Positions 35,591 through 44,149 of a stretch of 64,000 bases of DNA are shown here, piece by piece. Origin of the DNA: a virus (Duplodnaviria > Heunggongvirae > Uroviricota > Caudoviricetes). Each line of letters begins with the position of its first letter. Within the stretch, counting starts at the first letter, position 1. The position numbers and the translations under genes were made by a program. A model generated the notes under the pieces. That model ran no database searches, was not told the origin of the DNA, and was given only the letters and a program-made list of their open reading frames with translations. The stretch lies in IMG/VR virus record IMGVR_UViG_3300050026_000241; one strand, 5' to 3'.

Positions 35591-36138
35591 GTTGGCTTAC
35601 GAGTGTGTTTGGGTTCTTTCGTTCCTTCCAATTTTGGGTCACGGTAGCCCCGTGGGAATCTGGCCTGCGTGTTCGTTACGGTACAACGGCCACACTACTT
35701 AACCCAGGTCTACACTGGCGGGTTCCGTTTCTGGATCGTATCTTCATCCAGCCTGTCCGTCTTAGAACCATTGAGACGCCGACCATCACGTTCACCACGA
35801 AGGACGGCAAGACGCTTTCCGTGCGACTGGCAGTAATGTACCGGGTGGCCGATGTTAAGGCACTCCACATGACCGTGGCGAATCCCGAAAGCACGCTTCT
35901 GGCAACCGTACAAGGATTGATTGCGACATACGTTAGCGCTACGGCGGCTGACGATATTACTACGGAGGGTTTGACCGCGATCATTAAGCAAAACAAAGTC
36001 GGCATTGATTGGGGTTTGTGCGACGTGGACGTACTGGTTATGACCTTTGCGTTCTGCCGGACGCTTCGGCTTCTTATGCAAGACTGGCAGAATACCAGCA
36101 TGACCAACATGCTGCCATCGACAACCGATCCTCTGTAG
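35587..36138 (+). CDS. SPFH/band-7 domain protein, copy 2
   Basis: FQFWVTVAPWESGLRVRYGT...PGLHWRVPFLDRIFIQPVRLRT; paralog of 32406. Confidence 0.55.
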   Translation: MSWLTSVFGFFRSFQFWVTVAPWESGLRVRYGTTATLLNPGLHWRVPFLDRIFIQPVRLRTIETPTITFTTKDGKTLSVRLAVMYRVADVKALHMTVANPESTLLATVQGLIATYVSATAADDITTEGLTAIIKQNKVGIDWGLCDVDVLVMTFAFCRTLRLLMQDWQNTSMTNMLPSTTDPL

Positions 36139-36143
36139 TTGAC

Positions 36144-36171
36144 TTGACTTCTCTGAAAAGGATGCTATGAT
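36144..36171 (+). promoter_or_regulatory. sigma70-like promoter cassette (duplicate copy with doubled -35)
   Basis: GTTGACTTGACT...TGcTATGAT; followed by truncated copy of 36523 gene start. Confidence 0.45.
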
Positions 36172-36295
36172 TGAGTATGGACACAACCAAGAACCGACAG
36201 CGTGACGCCTACACCTTCGCCTACACCTTCGCCAACACCAACCTGTTGGGTCGGTCCACTTTTCCAAATGGCTCAACTAGACCTGGGAGATTGAT

Positions 36296-36493
36296 ATGCA
36301 CGAAGTTGAATTTGTAAGCGCCCGATACCTGGAAATGGCCGCCGCGCATCCGGGCCTGATTACCAGAAGCCGCCCGGTAATGATCGAACGGCGGATACTC
36401 GACAGGCGAACGACCGACCGGCGCGAAGTTGACCGCTGCGATTCAGTAGCACAACTGCTACGGGCCGCCTTTCCCGAATTCGGCCGCGCTTGA
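36296..36493 (+). CDS. hypothetical protein
   Basis: 65 aa; lies between the duplicated promoter/5'-end copies. Confidence 0.4.
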   Translation: MHEVEFVSARYLEMAAAHPGLITRSRPVMIERRILDRRTTDRREVDRCDSVAQLLRAAFPEFGRA

Positions 36494-36517
36494 CTTCTCC
36501 GAAAAGGATGCTATGAT
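36490..36517 (+). promoter_or_regulatory. sigma70-like promoter cassette
   Basis: leaderless ATG 36523. Confidence 0.6.
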
Positions 36518-36522
36518 TGAGT

Positions 36523-37368
36523 ATGGACACAACCAAGAACCGACAGCGTGACGCCTACACCTTCGCCAACATCAACCTGTTGGGCCGGTGCAACTGTGAT
36601 TGTTTCTTCTGCTTGGGTAAGGATATTCCCGAGCTATTACAGCAACATGACCAGCGGGCCGTCCACTTTTCCAAGTGGCTCAACTGGTGGGCCTTCCTTC
36701 GTCGCTGCTGTGACGAGGGTGTGTCCAAGCTGTACGTCACCGGGCAGAACACCGATTCATTACAGTACGTCCACTTGCAGGAATTGATCGACTTCCTGCA
36801 TCGCCAACGCTTCCAAGTCGGGCTGCGGACCAACGGCTATCTCGCATCAAAGCGGCTGGCCGTAATCAACAGCACTGACCTGAGCGTGGGCTACAGCATC
36901 CATTCGATCATCCCGGCCACGACCAGGGCCATTCTCGGTCGAAGCGACATTCCCGATTGGGACATGCTTCTCACCGAGACCGAACGGCCGCGCGTGCAGA
37001 TCGTCGTCAATCGCTACAACAAGACCGAATTCTGGCCGCTGCTTGAGCACATCGCCAGCTTCCCAAAGGTCCGCTACGTTCAGGTGCGGCGGGTTTGCTC
37101 CGACACGCGAGAGCCCGAGTTGACGCCGGACATTGAGGCACACGACCGGCTGCATGACGAAGTTCGGCAACTCTACCCGCTCAAGAAGATCATCTACGGA
37201 AGCGCGGAAGTCTACAACATTTACGGCAAGGAAGTAGTCTTCTGGCGCACGGTCAAGACAACGGCCAACTCGCTCAACTACTTCACGGACGGCACCGTGA
37301 GCGACCAGTATTTCATTGTGGAGGGCTACCAGAAATACTGCGGCCGGGAGTGCGCCAATGCCAACTGA
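36523..37368 (+). CDS. radical SAM protein
   Basis: cassette promoter, leaderless; CNCDCFFC (CxxxCxxC). Confidence 0.7.
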   Translation: MDTTKNRQRDAYTFANINLLGRCNCDCFFCLGKDIPELLQQHDQRAVHFSKWLNWWAFLRRCCDEGVSKLYVTGQNTDSLQYVHLQELIDFLHRQRFQVGLRTNGYLASKRLAVINSTDLSVGYSIHSIIPATTRAILGRSDIPDWDMLLTETERPRVQIVVNRYNKTEFWPLLEHIASFPKVRYVQVRRVCSDTREPELTPDIEAHDRLHDEVRQLYPLKKIIYGSAEVYNIYGKEVVFWRTVKTTANSLNYFTDGTVSDQYFIVEGYQKYCGRECANAN

Positions 37369-37594
37369 CCGTCCAACTGATCGACCGGAGCGCCAGACTG
37401 AGCTACTGAGCGCGCCAGGCGCTAATCAACCGGCGCGCCAGGGAAAACCAGAATTTGTTGGCGCGCTAGGCGAACTCGGTTCCGAGATCGACTGGTCGCG
37501 CGAGCCGGAGACACGAGTATTCGATTCGGTCTTGTGGACCCTTGCCGACGCCGAGCAAGTCACCTACGGCGGCCTAACCTTCTGGCATCCATAG
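37358..37594 (+). CDS. hypothetical protein
   Basis: repeat PTDRPTDRP; 3' half coincides with dispersed GGCGCGCC-containing repeat, coding status uncertain. Confidence 0.3.
   Translation: MPTDRPTDRPERQTELLSAPGANQPARQGKPEFVGALGELGSEIDWSREPETRVFDSVLWTLADAEQVTYGGLTFWHP
37378..37470 (+). repeat. dispersed element ACTGATCGACCGGAGCGC...GGAAAACCAGAATTTGTTGGCGCGCTAGGCG (copy 1)
   Basis: copies at ~43343-43380 (partial) and ~63584-63645. Confidence 0.5.
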
Positions 37595-38690
37595 TCACGA
37601 ACCGTGTAAACCGTGTAAACGTCTTGTGTAAACGTCGCCACCGCTACCGGCGACCGTCAGCGGCCCTGTTACTGAACGGATTCCCGTTCGGGAATAGGGC
37701 CGTTTTCATTGCGCAGTGAAATGCGCATTTGTGTAACGCCCGTTAGAAAAGTCAGCCGCGTTTTAGACTATAAGCATCAGTGATACTGGCAGGCTGCGGG
37801 TGGGTGAAGTTGCCGTCAGAGCGACTACAGGAACCGGACATAACCGGACATGCCAATGACATAAACCGGACACGCCAATGAGACAGTTATGGCACTTATG
37901 AGCCATGTTCACGAAACCGGCTTCGGGCATCGGGCGGGTAAAGGCCGGAGCTAAGGGCCAGGTCAGGCTCCGGTTAAATCGAAACCGAAAAGTCAAAACT
38001 TGGCCCTCGCGCGCCACGGTTACTAAGGGCGCGGGCCCTCCCCGGACAGCTTCCGGTGAAAACGGAAACCGATTTTTCAAACTTGGGGAGTTTTTTCTCA
38101 CGGTTAAAATGACCCGGGTGGCCTCCCTCTAACGGGGGTCAGCCACCACCCCTGTCTTGGCCGGTGCTACCGTCACGACCCTTCCGAGCACCCCCGGTCG
38201 CTACATCCCTCGCCCACGGCCCCGCACAGGCGCTCCAGACAGTCGCCTTGGAGTAACCGTCATAACCGGACTCTGGCTGCGCAGTCCCGGCCAGCGGTTT
38301 GCGGGGAGTTTCAAAGCGGCCATTGAAGCGGCCATTGAACCGGCCCTGGCCCCTGGCTTCGCGTAGGACAGGCGAAAACAGCGGGGATAGCCGGGAAGTC
38401 AACCAGCGGATGAAAGCGGCCAAAACAGCGGCCAAAGGCCCTATCAGGGGCTGGTGCGGGGCAGAGTTTGATTGCTTCAAAAACATGGACGCCGGGGAAA
38501 GGTTTTCTATGTCTTCCGGCCTGTTGCGTATCTTAATTATGACAGCCAATTCGCAGAAGTCAAGGATTATTCCAAAGAATCCGGTTGCCGGGCGCGAGTC
38601 GAAGTCAAGCGGGAATCTGAAAATAGTTTTCCGGCTGCGTTTTTGGCGCTTATATTGCGCGCTTTCGCGCGATGTCGAATTCGCCGGCCG
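37595..38690. other. ~1.1-kb repeat-rich noncoding block
   Basis: no credible + strand ORF; internal direct repeats (CGTGTAAAC x3, AACCGGACAT/GCCAATGA x2, GGCCATTGAA x2) and many GC hairpins. Confidence 0.5.
38060..38110 (+). repeat. dispersed noncoding element AAACCGAATTTTTCAAACTTGG...TTTTC..TCACGGTT (copy 1)
   Basis: related copies at ~43950-43995 and ~55930-55995; partial at ~37960-38000. Confidence 0.5.
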
Positions 38691-38694
38691 CGAC

Positions 38695-38722
38695 TTGACT
38701 TCTCCGAACCACATGGTATGAT
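38695..38722 (+). promoter_or_regulatory. sigma70-like promoter cassette
   Basis: leaderless ATG 38729. Confidence 0.6.
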
Positions 38723-38728
38723 TGCAGT

Positions 38729-39040
38729 ATGAGCGAACCAATTTACGCAATACCGGGCACCAGAATCATCGGTGCAAAATTGTCAGTCGGCACGACCCTC
38801 CGGGTCCACGGCTGGATCATGCTGAAAAACCTTGACGAAGGCGATTACGTCATTACGTCGGTCGGTTACTTCTACAACAATCCTTGCTACACCTTTCGCA
38901 AGGCGCGGGGCCGCAAGCGGGTTTGCTGCCACTTTGCCAATGACGTTGACCGTTGCGTCCGCCCGGCCGGCGACATCGACCTTAACAGGATTGAGATATT
39001 GGCCGTTGGCGAGCGGCGGCCGGTCGAAATCCCGGCTTGA
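38729..39040 (+). CDS. hypothetical protein
   Basis: cassette promoter, leaderless. Confidence 0.55.
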   Translation: MSEPIYAIPGTRIIGAKLSVGTTLRVHGWIMLKNLDEGDYVITSVGYFYNNPCYTFRKARGRKRVCCHFANDVDRCVRPAGDIDLNRIEILAVGERRPVEIPA

Positions 39041-39064
39041 CTTTTCTCCGGCACATGGTAGAAT
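39037..39064 (+). promoter_or_regulatory. sigma70-like promoter cassette
   Basis: TTGACT-N16-TGgTAGAAT; leader to 39095. Confidence 0.55.
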
Positions 39065-39094
39065 TGAACATCAATCAAGCAACAGGGAGCAGCA

Positions 39095-39550
39095 ATGTCA
39101 ACCACGAAACTACCGCACGAAACGAAGATTATTCAGTTCGAGCGGGCACACGCGACCGTCATTTTCAAAAACGAGTTGAGCGCCGCGACGGGCAAGCGTA
39201 TACCCCGGCTTTACGTCCAGTGTATCGACCAATATGGCTATCAGCGCGAATGGTCTTTGCAACGCACCCACAAGCCCGGCGATTCCAGCACAACCTACTG
39301 GGAGAGCCACATCTACCAGCACCCCGGCCGCCGTGAGATAACAGAAGTGAGCGATTCGATTGCCGCCCGGTGTATCGGCCGTTTCCTCTATTTGTGTGAG
39401 AATTACCCCACCCTCTTGTTCAACGAAACCGCGATACGGGCGCAGAACGCGCCGAACGGTACGCCGGACGTGCGGCCCCGTTCCGAGGGGTTTGTCCACT
39501 TTGCCGAAGCCCTGCACCGGGGCGCGCGGCCTACCGCGAAAATGCTCTAA
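39095..39550 (+). CDS. hypothetical protein
   Basis: cassette promoter + leader AACAGGGAGCAGCAATG. Confidence 0.55.
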   Translation: MSTTKLPHETKIIQFERAHATVIFKNELSAATGKRIPRLYVQCIDQYGYQREWSLQRTHKPGDSSTTYWESHIYQHPGRREITEVSDSIAARCIGRFLYLCENYPTLLFNETAIRAQNAPNGTPDVRPRSEGFVHFAEALHRGARPTAKML

Positions 39551-39557
39551 GAGCCGC

Positions 39558-39585
39558 TTGACTTTTCTCCGGCAGGATTGAAATA
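39558..39585 (+). promoter_or_regulatory. degenerate cassette copy
   Basis: TTGACT present, -10 region deleted/altered (ggcaggattgaaata); ATG 39587. Confidence 0.3.
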
Positions 39586-39586
39586 A

Positions 39587-39802
39587 ATGGACCCGAACGA
39601 AACCCTATCAAACATCGTCGAATCGCTAGACAATGGCGATTACAATGATGCCCGCGATGCGGCCGAGATTCTAAAATCCTGGCTTAGTCGCAACGGTTGC
39701 CCGCCTATCGGTTGCACGAAAGAGGAAACTTTAGCGTTTTGCGTCAAGGTTCTCCGAAACGCCGCCGCCGTCACCCTAGTTGAAACCTGCATTGGAGAGT
39801 AG
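39587..39802 (+). CDS. hypothetical protein
   Basis: degenerate cassette upstream. Confidence 0.45.
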   Translation: MDPNETLSNIVESLDNGDYNDARDAAEILKSWLSRNGCPPIGCTKEETLAFCVKVLRNAAAVTLVETCIGE

Positions 39803-39817
39803 AAAGAGACAAAACCG

Positions 39818-40375
39818 ATGATCGAATTCATGCCCGAACCAACTTTGATTTTGGAAAACAAAGACGACCTTGCCGCCCTTCTCGACACGAAGCCGGAAGC
39901 CGAAATTCGTTTGCACCGTCACCGTATCAAGAGCCGTTGGCTTATCGGCCTGATCGACGAAATCGCCGCTTCCGGCCGTTACCCCTACAACGCCACGGTG
40001 AACAAGTTGGCTTGCGAGCGCCTGGGCTACCCGCCGAAATCCGAAGCCGAGTATTCGCGTGAGGGCACTGCCCTATCCTGGCTTATTTACAACGCGCAGA
40101 ACTTCCGGCGTAGCGACCAGTTTATCGCGGCCGGCTACACCCCGTTTACGCCCGCCATGCTTGACGAAGCGTACACCATCGGGGCGAAGGTCGAAGTGGC
40201 GGCCGAAACGCTGCTAGGCGGTTCCGCCGTCATCGTCCTAACCCCGAAGGACATCGACGGCAAACTCTACGCCGTGCTGCCGCGCAAGCGGACCCAGCAC
40301 TTGCCGCCGATGGGTCAACCGGCGAAAATCATCAAGGCCGGCAAGCGGGTGAAAAAATCCGTTGCCGCCGCTTGA
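39818..40375 (+). CDS. hypothetical protein
   Basis: 185 aa; co-transcribed. Confidence 0.5.
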   Translation: MIEFMPEPTLILENKDDLAALLDTKPEAEIRLHRHRIKSRWLIGLIDEIAASGRYPYNATVNKLACERLGYPPKSEAEYSREGTALSWLIYNAQNFRRSDQFIAAGYTPFTPAMLDEAYTIGAKVEVAAETLLGGSAVIVLTPKDIDGKLYAVLPRKRTQHLPPMGQPAKIIKAGKRVKKSVAAA

Positions 40376-40399
40376 CTTCTCACCGGCACATGGTATGAT
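40372..40399 (+). promoter_or_regulatory. sigma70-like promoter cassette
   Basis: canonical; leader to 40434. Confidence 0.6.
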
Positions 40400-40433
40400 T
40401 GAGTAAGTTCAAACTACAACAGGGAACAACACA

Positions 40434-40868
40434 ATGATCGAACAGCTAGACCAGATTTTCACGACTGTCAACGTATCGCACGACATTCCTGAGCAGCGAG
40501 TACGCGATTTGCTTTGTTCCGCCTGGGAGGGCGGTAGCAATTACTGGTGCAACTACAAGAGCCGCACCATGTCTATCACCGGCCTGAGCGAAGTCAATCG
40601 GATTCGACGGGAACGGAAAGCGGCCGGAGAAGACTTCTATGTCCATGAGTACCCTTTCATCGACGGGGTTGCCCTGATACTCGAAGTCAATGACGAAGAT
40701 GACCCCCGGCCCCTGACCCTGGACCGCGCCGCGCTGATTCGCGGGTTGCAAGTCATGGCGGAAAAGTACCCCCGCCAATTCCACAATTTTCTGATTGAGA
40801 ATGATGACGCCGAAACCGGCGACACATTCCTGCAATGCTGTCTTTTCGGTGAAACCGTTTACGGCTAA
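40434..40868 (+). CDS. hypothetical protein
   Basis: cassette promoter + full conserved leader. Confidence 0.55.
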   Translation: MIEQLDQIFTTVNVSHDIPEQRVRDLLCSAWEGGSNYWCNYKSRTMSITGLSEVNRIRRERKAAGEDFYVHEYPFIDGVALILEVNDEDDPRPLTLDRAALIRGLQVMAEKYPRQFHNFLIENDDAETGDTFLQCCLFGETVYG

Positions 40869-40924
40869 CCGGCCACAACCCTCCGACCCCTCCAACTCTC
40901 ACAATAGGAACAACAGGAACAACC

Positions 40925-41194
40925 ATGAAAGAAGTAACCGCCAGTTTTAGCGATGCGTTCGATTGCACGAAAATCCGCAAGGTCCGCGTGACGATCGAAA
41001 CCCAGGGCGTTTGTATTCAACCGGAGGGCACCGGCGTTTACGACGGGGCCGATTGCGGCCCGATCCTGGTGGAATTCCAGAACGGCAAGCCGTTCCTTCA
41101 CGTTTGGGCCGACATTAACGAGGATAGCCCCACCCACACCATCGACCTTTCTGGGGCGCTGGAGGCGGCCCGCCGCGAGCCGTTGGAAGTCTAA
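40925..41194 (+). CDS. hypothetical protein
   Basis: AGGAACAACAGGAACAACCATG RBS. Confidence 0.5.
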   Translation: MKEVTASFSDAFDCTKIRKVRVTIETQGVCIQPEGTGVYDGADCGPILVEFQNGKPFLHVWADINEDSPTHTIDLSGALEAARREPLEV

Positions 41195-41208
41195 GCCGAG
41201 ATTCCGGC

Positions 41209-41236
41209 TTGACTTCTCCGATTCACATGCTATGAT
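41209..41236 (+). promoter_or_regulatory. sigma70-like promoter cassette
   Basis: TGcTATGAT; leader to 41271. Confidence 0.6.
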
Positions 41237-41270
41237 TGAGTAGACTTCAATCACAACAGGAAACCAGACA

Positions 41271-41684
41271 ATGAGCAACAAAATCATTACCGTGTCGAAC
41301 CTTGATGAATTCGCCCGCGCCTACGTCGAAGCGGCCTTATGGTCTACCACCGACGAATCGGACGAACAGGGCGGCGAACCAATGGACCAGAATTATGACG
41401 CCTGGGATGTTGACCCGGAAACGCTGAGAGGCATGGCCGCCGACTGTGCCGAGTTCCAAGCGGAAAACGCCGCCGACTTGGCGCTCTACAACGCCCCGCA
41501 ATGGACGGCGGCCGAATTGGGCGGCCACGATTTTTGGTTGACCCGCAACGGCCACGGTTGCGGCTTCTGGGACCGCAATGGTATCCTGCCGGAAGATGCC
41601 GGCGAGCGCCTGACCGCTGCCGCCAAAAAGTACGGGGAAGTATACCTCTATATTTCTGATAGTGGCATGGTTTGCAGTAACTAA
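41271..41684 (+). CDS. hypothetical protein (GHDFWLTRNGHGCGFWD motif)
   Basis: cassette promoter + leader. Confidence 0.55.
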   Translation: MSNKIITVSNLDEFARAYVEAALWSTTDESDEQGGEPMDQNYDAWDVDPETLRGMAADCAEFQAENAADLALYNAPQWTAAELGGHDFWLTRNGHGCGFWDRNGILPEDAGERLTAAAKKYGEVYLYISDSGMVCSN

Positions 41685-41690
41685 TCCGGC

Positions 41691-41718
41691 TTGACTTCTC
41701 CGAATCACATGCTATGAT
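41691..41718 (+). promoter_or_regulatory. sigma70-like promoter cassette
   Basis: leader with (CA)n to 41779. Confidence 0.6.
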
Positions 41719-41733
41719 TGAGTAGACTTCAAT

Positions 41734-41764
<31 letters not shown>

Positions 41765-41778
41765 CAGGGAGCAACACA

Positions 41779-42288
41779 ATGCAGACTTTCATTTACCGTT
41801 GGCAAGAGCGAGCCGGGGTCGAAGGCACCCGGCGGGGCGAAATCGACGGCCCTATTCACGAAATCCGGGGCGATGCCTACGCCCTTTGGACCGTCGCCAA
41901 GCAGCTTGAATTGCCGGTGCGCCCTTTCTGGTCCGAATTCACCGACCTTGACGGCAATGCCGCCGACATCTGGGGCGCCAGTATAGCCGCGAAAACCGAG
42001 CGGCTACGCCCGCCAACGGAGTTGCTTTGGATTCGCATTGGCGATGCCGGCGACTACGCTTCCTTTACCGACCTTGACGCCGCCATTGACGACCTGAACA
42101 TGATGGAAGTGGGCACCGTCGATTATTGGCTTGACGGCGGGGTAGGAATTGGATTCGCTACCTGGAATTACCACGGCCACGATTTTGTTTCATTCTTCTG
42201 GGGCGATGCCGAAGCCAATCTGATTCGCGCCTTGAACGCGGATGAAAAAGCCTACACCGAAAACAACCTAGAAGCGTACCTGAACTAG
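41779..42288 (+). CDS. hypothetical protein
   Basis: cassette promoter; leader contains (CA)~14. Confidence 0.55.
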   Translation: MQTFIYRWQERAGVEGTRRGEIDGPIHEIRGDAYALWTVAKQLELPVRPFWSEFTDLDGNAADIWGASIAAKTERLRPPTELLWIRIGDAGDYASFTDLDAAIDDLNMMEVGTVDYWLDGGVGIGFATWNYHGHDFVSFFWGDAEANLIRALNADEKAYTENNLEAYLN

Positions 42289-42294
42289 ACGCCA

Positions 42295-42519
42295 ATGGAA
42301 ACGACCATCATTCGCGTGCAATCGCACCCCGCCGATGTTTACCACGGTAAGGTATGGTATGGCCCGCGTGACAAGAAGGCCGCCAAGTCCCCCGGCTTTT
42401 CAACCTGGGAAGCGGCCCGCCGTTGGATTTTCAGCCAGCCGAAAACCGGCCGGTTCAAGGCAACACGCCAGTCAACCATCCTGAAAAACGGCACGCTCTT
42501 TACCACATGCTCTGATTGA
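42295..42519 (+). CDS. hypothetical protein
   Basis: 3' end encodes -10/leader-like sequence for next gene. Confidence 0.45.
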   Translation: METTIIRVQSHPADVYHGKVWYGPRDKKAAKSPGFSTWEAARRWIFSQPKTGRFKATRQSTILKNGTLFTTCSD

Positions 42520-42583
42520 GTAGTAACTTAACAACACAACGCAACCGAAGCCCAAACCGGAGGAAAAGAAAGTGGAAACCCCC

Positions 42584-42775
42584 ATGAAGAGCGTCCGCGA
42601 CAAAATCGCCGAGTTGACCCAGGGCGCGAAGTCGGTTTGCGACTTCGACCGCATCGTTTCCAAGGCCGGCGGCCTTGGGGCATTGTGGAAGCAAATCGGC
42701 GGCGACCGCGACGAATTCGCCTACGAATGGGACATGGTGAAAAACTCCATTAAGAAAATGACTAGGTACGATTGA
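42584..42775 (+). CDS. hypothetical protein
   Basis: ATG (alt GTG 42572). Confidence 0.45.
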   Translation: MKSVRDKIAELTQGAKSVCDFDRIVSKAGGLGALWKQIGGDRDEFAYEWDMVKNSIKKMTRYD

Positions 42776-42805
42776 GTAACTTAACAACACAACAGGAACA
42801 CCAGA

Positions 42806-43342
42806 ATGAGCCAGACTGAAAACTATCGTGATCTTGCCGAATCGGACGCCAAGAGCACCGTTAGCAACTTCCGCGATGAAATCGTTGAAATGCTGCTTGA
42901 CGACGGCAAGGCCAGCGATGACCTACTGAACGATTACCCGGGCGGCGACAGTTACCACCACGAAACGCACACTGACAAGTGGTACAACTTGCAGGAAGCG
43001 GCGGCCGTTCTCGACCAGCTTGACAATTTTGAGGAAACCGACAGCGGGCTATGGCAAGGACAAGACATGAAAACCGCCCTGGCGACCTGCGCGGCCTACA
43101 CCTATGCCAATGCGGTCTACTCCGAATGGCATGACCTTATCGGCACAATCAACGACCGGGCCGAAGATATTCTCTCCGATTTTATCACGGAAGAAACCGA
43201 CCTGGAAACCGAGCGTGACGAGCCTCGGACAATGACCGAAGCCGCCCGCACCTGTGCGGCCGAGAAGCAAGCCTTGCTCGATTCGCTGGACATACGCAAG
43301 GCGGACGCCTTGCGAGAAATGGTTGACGAAATCGCAAGCTAG
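42806..43342 (+). CDS. acidic hypothetical protein
   Basis: leader AACAGGAACACCAGAATG. Confidence 0.5.
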   Translation: MSQTENYRDLAESDAKSTVSNFRDEIVEMLLDDGKASDDLLNDYPGGDSYHHETHTDKWYNLQEAAAVLDQLDNFEETDSGLWQGQDMKTALATCAAYTYANAVYSEWHDLIGTINDRAEDILSDFITEETDLETERDEPRTMTEAARTCAAEKQALLDSLDIRKADALREMVDEIAS

Positions 43343-43468
43343 GCCGGCGCGCTAGGGACTGATCGACCGGCGCGCTAGACAAAACAAGAGTGACCCTGTT
43401 GTGTGGCCGGGGCCTGCAAGCATCTACTCACTTGCGGCCCCGGCCCTCTGAATTACCCTGTTGCGATT

Positions 43469-43506
43469 GGCCGGGCAGATCGTTTCCGCCCGGCCTATTT
43501 TTATTT
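43469..43506 (+). terminator. intrinsic terminator candidate
   Basis: GGCCGGGC...GCCCGGCC stem + TATTTTTATTT. Confidence 0.5.
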
Positions 43507-43532
43507 GACTTCTTGCAATCACATGCTATGAT
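43505..43532 (+). promoter_or_regulatory. sigma70-like promoter cassette
   Basis: leaderless ATG 43539. Confidence 0.6.
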
Positions 43533-43538
43533 TTAGGT

Positions 43539-43724
43539 ATGAGTACAATTCAAGCAAAGGATTTAGTCGAGGGTCAAACGGTCGAAACTCGCAAGGGTGT
43601 CAAGACAGTAAAGACCAGCGGCTACCTTAACGAGAAACTTTGGCGGCTGGAATTCACCGACTGGGAAATCTGCCTTTGCCGGCATGACCACCCATTTCCC
43701 ACTACATCGGAGCGACCAGCATGA
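43539..43724 (+). CDS. hypothetical protein
   Basis: cassette promoter, leaderless. Confidence 0.5.
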   Translation: MSTIQAKDLVEGQTVETRKGVKTVKTSGYLNEKLWRLEFTDWEICLCRHDHPFPTTSERPA

Positions 43725-43945
43725 GAGCAAGGTTCTACGGAATCAAAGGGCGATGCGGCTTCGTTCACGCCTGTTGTTTTGACGCCTTTGTAGAGGCCAA
43801 TGCCGTAAGGGATGTGCAAGGCCGCATTGTTCGCCGGCCGCTTGCCGACGCCATTGTCTACACGCTAGGACACGCCGGCAACGGCCCTTGCCTGCATTGC
43901 AAGGAAGTGCTATCGGCCGCCCCAAACACGGCCCGGAGAAATTGA
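43721..43945 (+). CDS. Cys-rich hypothetical protein
   Basis: CGFVHACCF...CLHC. Confidence 0.45.
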   Translation: MRARFYGIKGRCGFVHACCFDAFVEANAVRDVQGRIVRRPLADAIVYTLGHAGNGPCLHCKEVLSAAPNTARRN

Positions 43946-43949
43946 TTCC

Positions 43950-43995
43950 CGATTGAGTAAATTTGGGGAAAATTTTCACACGGTTGCGCGCACCC
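43950..43995 (+). repeat. dispersed noncoding element (copy 2)
   Basis: GTAAATTTGGGGAAAATTTTCACACGGTTGCGCGCACCC. Confidence 0.5.
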
Positions 43996-44083
43996 GCCCC
44001 CGCCTACCCGCCCGCACCCAGGTAATCCGATCAACCCTTAACCTTAGAAAGCCCGCTATGACCCCGAAACCGCAAAATCCGGC

Positions 44084-44111
44084 TTGACTTCTGCCGTTTA
44101 CGTGATATGAT
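44084..44111 (+). promoter_or_regulatory. sigma70-like promoter cassette
   Basis: leader to 44150. Confidence 0.55.
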
Positions 44112-44149
44112 TGAGTAGGTTCACAACGCAACACAACAGGACTACCGCA

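Noticed and set aside
38299-38721. 140-aa + strand ORF inside the 1.1-kb repeat-rich block
   Set aside because: Low-complexity, runs through direct repeats and into the next promoter cassette (ends ...LTSPNHMV); more likely noncoding.
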